DNA of 64,000 nucleotides from Bacilli bacterium (GTDB taxonomy: Bacteria > Bacillota_I > Bacilli_A > RFN20 > CAG-826). The notes beneath the pieces were generated by a model that made no database searches, was not told where the DNA came from, and saw only the letters and a list, made by a program, of their open reading frames with translations. The DNA is taken from assembly GCA_017468925.1 (NCBI GenBank), contig JAFUHI010000009.1, positions 274,162 to 338,161 of the forward strand, read 5' to 3'. Shown in pieces: positions 13,752 through 23,024 of this stretch. Position numbers and translations under genes: made by a program. Within the stretch, counting starts at the first letter, position 1. Each line of letters begins with the position of its first letter.

Positions 13752-14255
13752 ATGATCACACTTAAAATCAAAGATTATGGCGATATCAAGATTATTCTTG
13801 ATTACAAAAACGCCCCAAATACATGCAAAAACTTTGCAAAACTGGCCTCAAATGGTTTTTATGATGGTTTGACATTTCATAGAATCATCAAGAAATTCAT
13901 GATTCAAGGCGGTGACCCAAAGGGGATTGGCATTGGGGGGCCTGGCTATTCTATAAAAGGGGAATTCTTATCGAACGGTTTCCCAAATAACCTTTCGCAT
14001 CTGCGTGGAACAATCTCCATGGCTAGAGCCCAAGACCCAGACTCTGCTGGCTCACAATTCTTCATCTGCGACAATGATGACACCTTCTTAGACGGGCAAT
14101 ATGCAGCGTTCGGAAAAGTTATTGAAGGCATGGATGTTGTGGACGCTATCGCAAAGGAGCCAAAGGATTTTAGAGATAAGCCGTTAAAACCAATCGTGAT
14201 TGAAAAAGCGATTGTCGAAGATGAGCCATTAGACGAACCTGAGATAATCAGATAG
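13752..14255 (+). CDS. ppiB: Peptidyl-prolyl cis-trans isomerase, cyclophilin type
   Basis: 167 aa protein. Has the cyclophilin signature FHRIIKKFMIQGGD and the SMARAQDPDSAGSQFFI block. Confidence 0.85.
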   Translation: MITLKIKDYGDIKIILDYKNAPNTCKNFAKLASNGFYDGLTFHRIIKKFMIQGGDPKGIGIGGPGYSIKGEFLSNGFPNNLSHLRGTISMARAQDPDSAGSQFFICDNDDTFLDGQYAAFGKVIEGMDVVDAIAKEPKDFRDKPLKPIVIEKAIVEDEPLDEPEIIR

Positions 14256-14311
14256 TTTCAAAATGTTTATATAATAAAGCACTAAAATATCTGTTGTGTT
14301 AGAATAAGACC

Positions 14312-15751
14312 ATGAAAGTACTTTCAATTGATATATCCGCTTCAAGCGGAAGACTAATCGTCGTAGACCATACGAAAAACAATTTTGAATTTGAAGAAAT
14401 TTTTCGCTTCAAAAACGAGATGAAAATGGAGAATGGCCATTATAGATGGGACCAAGACTATATTCTTGAAAACATAAAAAAAGGCCTGGTAGAAGCTCTA
14501 AAAAAACATCCAGATATCGCTTCAATCGGAATAGATACCTGGGGAGTTGATTATGTTTTAATTGATGAGAATGGCAAGTCAATCGATAAAACCATCGCTT
14601 ATAGAGATCCTAGAAATGCCGAAGCGGCTGAAAGGCTCTTCAAAAAGCATTCATATTGGGAGATTTACAAGGAAAGCGGGATTCAATATTGCCCATTCAA
14701 TACGATATTCCAGCTTTTCGATGACATCCATAACAGGAAAATGGAATTCTCCAAATTCCTTTTGATGCCAGATTATCTTTCTTATGGATTAACGGGCGAA
14801 AAGAGACTAGAAGTCACAAATCTTTCAACTGGGGCGATATATGATCCCGTAAAGAAAGAAGTCTCTCCTTCTTTGCTTGATATGATTGGCTGCTCAAAAG
14901 ATAAGTTATGCAGAATAATTAGGCCCGGCGAAACGATTGGGATGGTTGATGTCGAAGGCAAGAAAATACCTCTAATCGCAGTTGCTAGCCACGACACCGC
15001 CTCAGCGGTCGGCTCATTATTCTTAGATGAAGACACCGCTTATATCAGCTCTGGCACTTGGTCTTTGTTGGGCTGCGAAGAAAAATCTCCAATAATCACC
15101 AAAGAAGGATATAAAGCCAACTTCACCAATGAAATCGGAATTAATGACAATGTCTGTTATTTAAAAAACATCATGGGTTTATTCATGATTCAGGAACTCA
15201 AGAAAGAATATGAGGTCACTAGACCTGGATTGAGTTTCCAAAACATTCTTGATGAAGCTACGGCGGTACAAAACGAAGAAAGATATGTCGATGTCGATTA
15301 TCCCCCATTCTCATATCCTGAACATATGAAAGATAAAGTTATCGAATATCTTGAAAAGACAAACCAATCAGTGGAAAATCTTTCCTTAGGAAACATCGCT
15401 AGAATCATATATCAATCCTTGGCGGTCAAATACGCGGAGGAATTGAAGAATCTAGAAACACTCCGTGGCAAGAGATTCAAGAGATTGGTATTAGTTGGCG
15501 GTGCGACCAATGTGCCATTATTGGAGCAAGCGATGGCGGATCTAATGGGCATAGAAATATTGATTGGCGAGAAAGAGGCGACCGTAGCGGGTAACGCCCT
15601 ATGCCAATTCATCGCCAATAAAGAATTCTCTTCTTTGGAAGGGGCAAGAAAAGCGTTATGGGATAGAGCAAAACATCAAATATTCATCCCTAACAAAGAC
15701 TTTGATTCTAAAAAGGTTATTGAGGCCTATAAGGCTGCAACAAATATATAA
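14312..15751 (+). CDS. rhaB: Rhamnulokinase (FGGY carbohydrate kinase family)
   Basis: 479 aa protein. Has the FGGY N-terminal phosphate-1 loop ([14 protein letters not shown]) and a C-terminal GGATN-like block (VGGATNV). The rhaB call, as opposed to another FGGY kinase, rests on adjacency to rhaA. Confidence 0.7.
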   Translation: MKVLSIDISASSGRLIVVDHTKNNFEFEEIFRFKNEMKMENGHYRWDQDYILENIKKGLVEALKKHPDIASIGIDTWGVDYVLIDENGKSIDKTIAYRDPRNAEAAERLFKKHSYWEIYKESGIQYCPFNTIFQLFDDIHNRKMEFSKFLLMPDYLSYGLTGEKRLEVTNLSTGAIYDPVKKEVSPSLLDMIGCSKDKLCRIIRPGETIGMVDVEGKKIPLIAVASHDTASAVGSLFLDEDTAYISSGTWSLLGCEEKSPIITKEGYKANFTNEIGINDNVCYLKNIMGLFMIQELKKEYEVTRPGLSFQNILDEATAVQNEERYVDVDYPPFSYPEHMKDKVIEYLEKTNQSVENLSLGNIARIIYQSLAVKYAEELKNLETLRGKRFKRLVLVGGATNVPLLEQAMADLMGIEILIGEKEATVAGNALCQFIANKEFSSLEGARKALWDRAKHQIFIPNKDFDSKKVIEAYKAATNI

Positions 15752-15765
15752 ATGAAAGGAAAATT

Positions 15766-17013
15766 ATGAGCACAAAGCAAGCTTACGAACTAGCCAAAGC
15801 GGAATACGCGAAATATGGCGTTGACACCGACAAGGCTTTAGAAGCGATGGAGAAAGTCGTTATTTCGCTTCACTGCTGGCAAGGAGACGATGTCAGAGGA
15901 TTTTTATTTAATGACGAGTTGTCTGGCGGCATCCAAACCACTGGAAATTACCCAGGCAGAGCGAGAACCATACAGGAACTAAGAAATGATTTGGAGAAAG
16001 TTCTTTCTTTGCTCCCCGGTCACTTCAAAGTCAATCTCCACGCGATTTACGCGGACACCAAAGAAAAGATTGATTTGGATCAATTAGAGCCAAAGCATTT
16101 CGCTTCTTGGGTCGAATGGGCCAAAAAGAACCATGTTGGACTTGATTTCAATCCAACTTGCTTCTCCCATCCAAAAGCCTCCAGCGGCTTCACTTTATCA
16201 AGCAATGACCCAGAAATCAGGAAATTCTGGATTGAGCACTGCAAAAGAAGCAGAAAGATCGGTGAATATTTCGGCCGTGAATTAGGCGAGCCATGCGTCA
16301 CCAACATTTGGGTGCCAGACGGCATGAAAGATACTCCAATCGATAGATTAGCCCCGAGAAAGAGACTCATGGAATCTCTTGATGAAATCTTGGAAGAGAA
16401 GATTGATCCAAAATACAATATTGATTCAGTCGAATCAAAATTATTCGGAATCGGCGTAGAATCCTACACTACTGGAAGCAATGAATTCTATATGGGATAT
16501 GCCACATCAAGACAAATCTCTTTGACGCTTGATTCTGGCCATTTCCATCCGACCGAAGTCATTTCCGATAAGATTCCTACAGTCTTGCTATACGTCCCAC
16601 ATTTGCTTCTCCACGTCTCTAGACCAGTGAGGTGGGATAGCGATCACGTTGTCGTCTTGGATGATGAATTAAACGAGATTGCTAGAAGCTTAGTGAGAAA
16701 CAACCTTATCGAGAAAACTTCGATTGGCCTTGATTATTTCGATGCCTCAATCAATAGAATCGCTGCATGGGTCATCGGTGTCAGAGCAACATTGACCGCT
16801 ATATTGAAAGCCTATTTGGATCCAATCGATTATTTGATGAAGGTCGAAAACGAAGGCAATTACACCGACAGATTGTTCTTGCAGGAAAGATTGAAGCAAC
16901 TCCCATATGGTGTTGTCTTTGATTATTATTGCGAGAAGCACGGCGTTAAGATTGGCCAAGATGCGCTCGATGAAATTCATAAATACGAGAAAGAAGTAAC
17001 TTCAAGGAGATAA
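15766..17013 (+). CDS. rhaA: L-rhamnose isomerase
   Basis: 415 aa protein. Length and the N-terminal region ([20 protein letters not shown]...LHCWQGDDV) match RhaA, which is about 419 aa. Lies directly downstream of the kinase. Confidence 0.85.
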   Translation: MSTKQAYELAKAEYAKYGVDTDKALEAMEKVVISLHCWQGDDVRGFLFNDELSGGIQTTGNYPGRARTIQELRNDLEKVLSLLPGHFKVNLHAIYADTKEKIDLDQLEPKHFASWVEWAKKNHVGLDFNPTCFSHPKASSGFTLSSNDPEIRKFWIEHCKRSRKIGEYFGRELGEPCVTNIWVPDGMKDTPIDRLAPRKRLMESLDEILEEKIDPKYNIDSVESKLFGIGVESYTTGSNEFYMGYATSRQISLTLDSGHFHPTEVISDKIPTVLLYVPHLLLHVSRPVRWDSDHVVVLDDELNEIARSLVRNNLIEKTSIGLDYFDASINRIAAWVIGVRATLTAILKAYLDPIDYLMKVENEGNYTDRLFLQERLKQLPYGVVFDYYCEKHGVKIGQDALDEIHKYEKEVTSRR

Positions 17014-17034
17014 AAACAATCCATAACCAACAAG

Positions 17035-17066
17035 AAGGCATCCTCGGGTGCCTTTTTTGTTTTTGC
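17035..17066 (+). terminator. Rho-independent terminator after rhaA
   Basis: A GC-rich hairpin (AAGGCATCC-TCG-GGTGCCTT) followed by TTTTTTGTTTTT, located 22 nt after the rhaA stop. Confidence 0.55.
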
Positions 17067-17280
17067 TCAGTTGAGTAATAACACAACGCAGCAAGTTTAT
17101 CGATGTCTATCAAAATTATAGAGAAAGTATTTCATTCCTTTAAGCGTGTTTATAAAGCACATACGGCTAGTTTGTTAAACCAAAAAAAGAATGAAGATGT
17201 ATTAGCGAGACTTCAATAGAACCCCACACCAAGAAGAATGCAAACACGTTAGTTGTGTTGATGAAAAATAATTTTTGATG

Positions 17281-17571
17281 ATTTATTTGAAAATGTTGTT
17301 TTTATTGGTTTTATATTCAATCCAACATAAAACAAATATCAACAAAAATTATGTAAAAATTATACATAATTTTTATAGTAAAACTCATCTCTATAATTAA
17401 ATAAATAATGTATATAAAAACCACATAAAACAACATACTAATACAACATAAATTTGCTTAAAAATGTTGGTTTTTGTGGGTTTTATGTTGGTTTTCTTTG
17501 TTTTTGTTGTTTTTTTGTGTTTGCTTTGTTTGTTTGTGTGTGTTATATTAGGCGCAGTAGGAAGAATCGAG
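17281..17571. promoter_or_regulatory. AT-rich promoter/operator region upstream of the GRE gene, with repeated ATGTTG(G/T)TTTT motifs and a GT-rich leader
   Basis: Seen directly. Copies of ATGTTGKTTTT occur at about 17284, 17464 and 17488. Reverse-complement copies (AACATAAAAC / AAAACAACAT) occur at about 17323 and 17425-17445. A roughly 100 nt stretch made only of G and T (17464-17545) precedes the RBS-ATG at 17572. Confidence 0.35.
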
Positions 17572-20100
17572 ATGCAAAAGTTTTACACAGAAAAAATCCA
17601 AAAGAGCGATCGTATAACGAGACTTGTAGATAACCTTTTCAAGAAAATGCCAGAGGTAGAAGCGGCTAGGGCTGTTTTGCTTACTGAATCATATAAGCAA
17701 ACAGAAAATGAACCAATCATTACTCGCCGCGGAAAAGCCTTTGCTCATATTCTTGATAACATTCCAATCATCATCCGCGATGAGGAATTGATTGTCGGTT
17801 CGACTACGTTAGCGCCAAGAGGTTGTCAAACATATCCAGAATTCTCCTATGAGTGGCTTGAAGCGGAATTCGACACCTTATCAACTAGGGTTGCCGACCC
17901 ATTCTATATTTCCGAAGAGACGAAGAAGACCCTCAAGGAAGTCAATAAATATTGGAAAGGCAAAACGACATCGGAACTCGCCATCTCTTACATGGATCCT
18001 AGAGCCTATACCGCTTTCTTGCATGAGATGTATACGACTGGCAATTATTTCTTCAACGGCGTTGGCCATATAACCGTCAATTATCCGAAAGTCATCAAAT
18101 ATGGATATCGCAGCATCATAAATGAGGCTTTGGAGGCCAAATCAAAATTGACTTTCTCCGATGCAGATTATCCAACTAGAATTGCTTTCTTGGATGCGGT
18201 CATAACATCGCTCAAGGCTGTTATTAGATACGCTAATAGATACAGCGAATTGGCCAAAAAGATGGCGGATGAGACAAATGATTCCAAACGCAGAGCCGAA
18301 TTATTGGAGATATCAAGAATCACCGCGAAAGTTCCTGAATATGGCGCGGAATCATTCTATGAGGCTTGCCAATCATTCTGGTTTGTCCAGCAATTATTGC
18401 AGCTTGAATCTTCAGGACATTCAATTTCCCCAGGCAGATTCGACCAATACATGTATCCATATTTCAAGAATGATTTTGATAAAGGCTTAATAACCAGAGA
18501 ATACGCTCAAGAATTATTGGATTGCATCTGGGTTAAACTCAACGATTTGAATAAATGCCGCGACTGCGTAAGCGCCGAAGGATTCGCGGGATATTCCTTA
18601 TTCCAAAACCTTATTGTCGGCGGTCAAGACGTAAACGGAGTTGATGCCACGAACGATTTGTCCTTCATGTGCATCACTGCTACAGAGCATGTCTTCTTGC
18701 CACAGCCAAGCTTCTCAATCCGCGTATGGAACGGATCGCCTCATTCATTGCTTATTAGAGCCGCTGATCTTACTAGAACCGGAATCGGCTTCCCAGCGTA
18801 TTACAACGATGAAGTCATTATTCCTCAATTAATATCACGCGGATTAAGCGTGCAAGATGCTAGAGACTATAACATCATCGGCTGCGTTGAACCTCAGAAG
18901 GCATTCAAGACCGAAGGATGGCACGATGCCGCATTCTTCAATATGTGCCGTCCACTAGAACTTGTCTTCTCCAACGGCGTTGATAAAGGCGTTCAAATCG
19001 GACCAAAGACAGGAGATGTCAGCACGTTTGATACATACGAGAAATTCGAGAACGCTTATAGAACCCAGATCAATTTCTTCATTCAATGCCTTGTCAATTC
19101 AATTAATTCAATTGATTACGCGCATAGAACCAGATGCCCATTGCCATTCGAATCATCGATGGTAGAGGATTGCATCGGTAGGGGCAAAGCCTTGCAAGAA
19201 GGTGGAGCCATCTACAATTTCTCCGGTCCTCAAGGATTTGGTGTCGCCAATATGGCGGATGCCATGTGGGCGATAAAGACACTCGTCTACGAGCAAAAGA
19301 AATACACCATCGAATTCTACAAAGAAGCGCTTGAAAACAATTATGGCGAAATGATGGATGAGCACCACGCCGAGAAATTGACCAAGGAAATTGTCAAAAA
19401 GCTCGCCGAAACTGGCAAAAACGTTAATAGAGAAGACATCATAAACATCTTCAATATGGTCAGAGAAAACAAATGCTCGCCAGAAAAGAAAGAAGCCTAT
19501 AGACGTCTAAAAGAAGACATCGAGGCTCTACCAAAATATGGAAACGACATCGAGGAGATAGACAACTTCGCACGCGAAATAACCTATTGTTATACGCGCC
19601 CGATGGAGCAATATAGAAACCCACGTGGAGGTATCTTCCAAGCGGGATTGTATCCTGTTAGTGCCAACGTGTTACTAGGTTCGCAAACCGGCCCAACACC
19701 GGATGCAAGACTTGGCTATACTCCTGTTGCCGATGGGGTCTCCCCAGCCGCCGGAAGAGATGTAAATGGACCAACTGCAGCATGTAATTCCGTCTCGCAT
19801 TTAGACCATTTCATCGCCTCAAACGGCACATTATTCAACATGAAATTCCACCCAACCGCGCTTGCGGGCACCCAGGGTTTAGAGAATTTCGTCTCTTTGG
19901 TCAGGGGTTACTTTGACCGCAAAGGCACGCACATGCAATTCAATGTCGTGTCCAGAGAGACGTTAAGGGATGCGCAAAAGCACCCAGAAAAATACAAGGG
20001 CTTAGTGGTCAGAGTTGCTGGCTATAGTGCCCTATTCACCACGTTATCCCGCGCCTTGCAGGATGATATCATAAGCCGCACCGAACAAGGAGAATTCTGA
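17572..20100 (+). CDS. Glycyl radical enzyme, probably B12-independent 1,2-propanediol dehydratase (PFL-like family)
   Basis: Has the C-terminal glycyl-radical motif RVAGYSALF and a PFL-like fold of about 842 aa. The computed ORF started at 17464 inside a G/T-only tract. The start was moved to the Met (MQKFYTEK) that is preceded by an AGGAAG ribosome-binding site. The substrate assignment is inferred from the neighbouring rhaBA genes, aldolase, PduP/PduL and BMC shell genes (GRM5-like). A choline TMA-lyase cannot be fully excluded from sequence alone. Confidence 0.85.
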   Translation: MQKFYTEKIQKSDRITRLVDNLFKKMPEVEAARAVLLTESYKQTENEPIITRRGKAFAHILDNIPIIIRDEELIVGSTTLAPRGCQTYPEFSYEWLEAEFDTLSTRVADPFYISEETKKTLKEVNKYWKGKTTSELAISYMDPRAYTAFLHEMYTTGNYFFNGVGHITVNYPKVIKYGYRSIINEALEAKSKLTFSDADYPTRIAFLDAVITSLKAVIRYANRYSELAKKMADETNDSKRRAELLEISRITAKVPEYGAESFYEACQSFWFVQQLLQLESSGHSISPGRFDQYMYPYFKNDFDKGLITREYAQELLDCIWVKLNDLNKCRDCVSAEGFAGYSLFQNLIVGGQDVNGVDATNDLSFMCITATEHVFLPQPSFSIRVWNGSPHSLLIRAADLTRTGIGFPAYYNDEVIIPQLISRGLSVQDARDYNIIGCVEPQKAFKTEGWHDAAFFNMCRPLELVFSNGVDKGVQIGPKTGDVSTFDTYEKFENAYRTQINFFIQCLVNSINSIDYAHRTRCPLPFESSMVEDCIGRGKALQEGGAIYNFSGPQGFGVANMADAMWAIKTLVYEQKKYTIEFYKEALENNYGEMMDEHHAEKLTKEIVKKLAETGKNVNREDIINIFNMVRENKCSPEKKEAYRRLKEDIEALPKYGNDIEEIDNFAREITYCYTRPMEQYRNPRGGIFQAGLYPVSANVLLGSQTGPTPDARLGYTPVADGVSPAAGRDVNGPTAACNSVSHLDHFIASNGTLFNMKFHPTALAGTQGLENFVSLVRGYFDRKGTHMQFNVVSRETLRDAQKHPEKYKGLVVRVAGYSALFTTLSRALQDDIISRTEQGEF

Positions 20101-20885
20101 TGGACGATTATCTTAAAACATCAGGAAGGATATTCGATATTCAACGATTCTCCGTCCACGATGGCCCTGGCATCAGAACGATAGTCTTCTTCAAAGGATG
20201 CTATCTAAGATGCAGATGGTGCTGCAACCCAGAAGGTCAGGAATTCTTCCCCCAGGAGCTGACGATGAATGGCAAAACCAAAACAGTCGGCAGAGACATT
20301 ACGGTGGAAGAAATCCTAGACATCGTTGAGAAAGACCGCATCTATTACAAAAGAAGCGGCGGCGGGCTCACGATATCCGGGGGCGAATGTCTAGGACAGG
20401 CTGACTTCGCTAGAGACCTTCTAAGAGGGGCTAAAGAAAGAGGCATTAACACAGCGATCGAATCAACTGGATTCGCTCCATGGGAGAAGATTGAGCCTCT
20501 AATCCCATATCTAGATGTCTATTTGATGGACATCAAACATATGGATTCCGCCAAACACAAAAGCTTCACCTCCCAACCAAACGAATTGATTCTTGAAAAC
20601 GCGAGGAAAATCGCCAAGAACTTCAAGAAATTGATCGTGAGAACGCCTGTCATCCCAACCTTCAATGACACAGAGGATGAGATAAGGGCTATAGCGAGAT
20701 ACGCCAAATCAATCGGGGTGGAGGAGATGCATTTGCTCCCATACCACAGACTAGGCAAAGACAAATATTATGGCCTTGGCAGAACATATTCCTTGGAGGA
20801 GATAGAACCTCCATCTAAAGAAAAGATGAACGCATTGCTCGACGTCGTTCTGCAAGAAGGGTTAAAAGGGCAGAAAGGAGGTTAA
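20100..20885 (+). CDS. Glycyl radical enzyme activating enzyme (radical SAM)
   Basis: 261 aa protein. Has the CX3CX2C radical-SAM motif (CYLRCRWCCNPEG) and a glycine-rich SAM site (GGGLTISGGE). Its start overlaps the GRE stop. Confidence 0.85.
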   Translation: MDDYLKTSGRIFDIQRFSVHDGPGIRTIVFFKGCYLRCRWCCNPEGQEFFPQELTMNGKTKTVGRDITVEEILDIVEKDRIYYKRSGGGLTISGGECLGQADFARDLLRGAKERGINTAIESTGFAPWEKIEPLIPYLDVYLMDIKHMDSAKHKSFTSQPNELILENARKIAKNFKKLIVRTPVIPTFNDTEDEIRAIARYAKSIGVEEMHLLPYHRLGKDKYYGLGRTYSLEEIEPPSKEKMNALLDVVLQEGLKGQKGG

Positions 20886-21265
20886 TGATGGAATTCGATA
20901 AACTTCAATCAAACGAGACGAAGACAAGGATTATTCAGGAAAGCGTTCCTGGAAAGCAAATAACGCTCGCTCATATCATCGCCAATCCAGATGAATTGCT
21001 CTATCGCAAGCTTGGGCTCGATCCGAATGTCGAATACGCATCAAAAGCAATCGGCATCATGACATTATGCCCATCAGAGACAGCGATAATCGCCGCCGAC
21101 ATATGCATGAAAGCAAGTGGTGCGAGAATGGGATTCGTCGATAGATTCTCAGGCACCGTCATCATCACCGGCACGGTATCCGAGGTCGAGGCATCGCTTA
21201 AAGCGGTCATGGAATTCTGCACTTACACATTGCGCTTCACCGTTTGCGACATAACGAAGACATAA
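20885..21265 (+). CDS. BMC shell protein, circularly permuted BMC domain (EutS/PduU type)
   Basis: 126 aa protein. The N-terminus (RIIQESVPGKQITLAHIIANPDELLYRKLGL) closely resembles the EutS/PduU N-terminal region. Confidence 0.7.
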   Translation: MMEFDKLQSNETKTRIIQESVPGKQITLAHIIANPDELLYRKLGLDPNVEYASKAIGIMTLCPSETAIIAADICMKASGARMGFVDRFSGTVIITGTVSEVEASLKAVMEFCTYTLRFTVCDITKT

Positions 21266-21711
21266 TGAGAAAAATCATATTCATAGGTCGAAGCGGCGTA
21301 GGCAAAACAACCCTCAAGCAGGCCTTGCGAAAGGAAAAAATAGAATATAAGAAAACACAATATATCGATTGGCAAGATTGGATCATAGACACCCCTGGGG
21401 AATATTGCGAAAACAAAAACCTCGGATGCGCCTTAGGTCTATACGCCTATGAGTCCGATGTCGTTGGACTCCTAGTGGCCGCCAACGAATGGTATTCCCT
21501 CTTCTCCCCGAATATGGTGGGGATGGTGAGCAGGGAATGCGTAGGGATCGTCACCAAGTGCGACTTGGCCGATCCATCTAGGGCAGAACAGTGGCTTAGG
21601 CTAACTGGATGCAAAAAAATATTCCACGTCAATTCGTTGACGGGAGAAGGAGTAGAAGAATTAATCGAATACCTCAAAATCGATAAACCTCGATATTACG
21701 ATTACGAATAA
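21265..21711 (+). CDS. EutP/PduV-family small GTPase
   Basis: Has a P-loop (GRSGVGKTTL) and a DTPGE switch. Its size and the BMC context are typical of EutP/PduV. The start was moved to the Met that overlaps the upstream stop (MRKIIFIG). Confidence 0.7.
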   Translation: MRKIIFIGRSGVGKTTLKQALRKEKIEYKKTQYIDWQDWIIDTPGEYCENKNLGCALGLYAYESDVVGLLVAANEWYSLFSPNMVGMVSRECVGIVTKCDLADPSRAEQWLRLTGCKKIFHVNSLTGEGVEELIEYLKIDKPRYYDYE

Positions 21712-21722
21712 GGAGAAAAATT

Positions 21723-22532
21723 ATGGTTATCAAAAACGAGTACGAAATCAAGAAAGAGATCTGTGAAATCGGAAAAAGGATCTACAACCGCGGTATGGTT
21801 GCCGCAAACGATGGAAACATCTCAGTCAAATTGAATGATCACGAATTCCTTTGCACCCCAACCGGTGTCTCAAAAGGATTCATGACCCCAGAAATGATCT
21901 GCAAGGTCAATGAGAAAGGCGAAGTCATCGAGGCCCGTGCCCCCTATAAGCCAAGCAGCGAAATCAAGATGCATATGCGCGTCTATGAAAGAAGAAAAGA
22001 TGTAGGCGCAGTCGTTCACGCTCACCCACTATATGCGACAACATTCGCTATCGCTGGCCAAGCTTTGACTCAGCCAATCATGCCAGAGGCCGTTATCTCT
22101 TTAGGATGTGTCCCTCTAGCAAAATATGGCAGACCATCCACTGAAGAAATTCCAGACTCCATCGAAGAATACTTGCCATATTTCGACGCAGTTCTTTTGG
22201 CACAGCATGGTGCGCTGACCTGGTCTGATACATTGCTCAATGCCTATATGAAAATGGAATCGGTCGATTTCTACGCCCAGCTTCTATATCAAACAAAGCA
22301 GATTGGCGGGCCAAAGGAATTCACCCCAGAGCAAGTCGAGGAACTTTACGAAATAAGACGCAAATTCGGCATGAAAGGAAAGCATCCTGCCAATGTCTGT
22401 TTGCGTGTCAAAGAAGGTAAGCCTTCTTGCCATGGATGTGGTGGAACATGCAAGAGCCACCCAAATACTTCAAGCTCTGATAGCGAGTTGGTTGAAGAGA
22501 TCACCAAGCGCGTCATGGCCGCACTTAAATAA
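21723..22532 (+). CDS. Class II aldolase (L-fuculose-/L-rhamnulose-1-phosphate aldolase family) with Cys-rich linker and C-terminal encapsulation-peptide-like helix
   Basis: 269 aa protein. The class II aldolase/adducin fold shows the zinc-binding His cluster (VVHAHPLYAT). About 50 extra C-terminal residues contain CHGCGGTC followed by the amphipathic SELVEEITKRVMAALK. Confidence 0.8.
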   Translation: MVIKNEYEIKKEICEIGKRIYNRGMVAANDGNISVKLNDHEFLCTPTGVSKGFMTPEMICKVNEKGEVIEARAPYKPSSEIKMHMRVYERRKDVGAVVHAHPLYATTFAIAGQALTQPIMPEAVISLGCVPLAKYGRPSTEEIPDSIEEYLPYFDAVLLAQHGALTWSDTLLNAYMKMESVDFYAQLLYQTKQIGGPKEFTPEQVEELYEIRRKFGMKGKHPANVCLRVKEGKPSCHGCGGTCKSHPNTSSSDSELVEEITKRVMAALK

Positions 22533-22543
22533 AGAAGGATTTT

Positions 22544-23023
22544 ATGAATCAGGCGGATATCAAAGAGAATGTAAGGAAGGTTGTCGAAGAATATTTTCGT
22601 CCAACCGAAGATATGACTCTTTTTTCCGCCATCCAATTAGCGAGAAAAGTCAAAGAAAAAGCGCTAGAGATGGGAGTTAACGCCGTCATCGCAATCGCCA
22701 ATAAAGGCGGAAATCCGGTATTGGTCGAATGCATGGATAATTCCTATATCGCAAGCTATGACATCGCCTTCAACAAGGCGTATACCGTAGTCGCATTAAA
22801 GATGTCGACCAAGAAACTCGCTAAATTAGCATCACCAAACGGCTCCTTATATGGCATCCAATTCACAAACGGTGGAAGGATTGTCATATTCGGTGGCGGA
22901 GAGCCTTTAGAGAATAAAAAAGGACAAATCATCGGCGGAGTCGGCATAAGCGGAGGAAGCGAAGAGCAAGATACCGCTTTAGCAGCATTCGCAAAAGAAA
23001 CATTTGAGAAAGGAGTGAATTGA
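22544..23023 (+). CDS. GlcG/DUF336 (PduO C-terminal domain-like, possible heme-binding) protein
   Basis: 159 aa protein. The DUF336 pattern includes the conserved GG...G(I/V)SG segment (IIGGVGISGGSEEQD). Such proteins are common in pdu/eut-type loci. Confidence 0.6.
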   Translation: MNQADIKENVRKVVEEYFRPTEDMTLFSAIQLARKVKEKALEMGVNAVIAIANKGGNPVLVECMDNSYIASYDIAFNKAYTVVALKMSTKKLAKLASPNGSLYGIQFTNGGRIVIFGGGEPLENKKGQIIGGVGISGGSEEQDTALAAFAKETFEKGVN

Positions 23024-23024
23024 A

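Noticed and set aside
14562-14765. Small plus-strand ORFs (14562-14765, 12089-12376, 17849-18073, 18269-18490, 18641-18832, 18962-19165) overlapping rhaB, the GDSL hydrolase and the GRE in alternative frames
   Set aside because: They are out-of-frame overlaps within conserved genes, with low-complexity translations and no RBS support.
17464-17571. N-terminal 36-aa extension of the GRE ORF (MLVFVGFMLVFFVFVVFLCLLCLFVCVILGAVGRIE), which looks like a signal peptide or TM helix
   Set aside because: It is encoded entirely by a G/T-only DNA tract. An in-frame ATG with a good ribosome-binding site (AGGAAG) lies at 17572. That ATG begins the conserved GRE N-terminus (MQKFYTEK). The extension is most likely untranslated leader.
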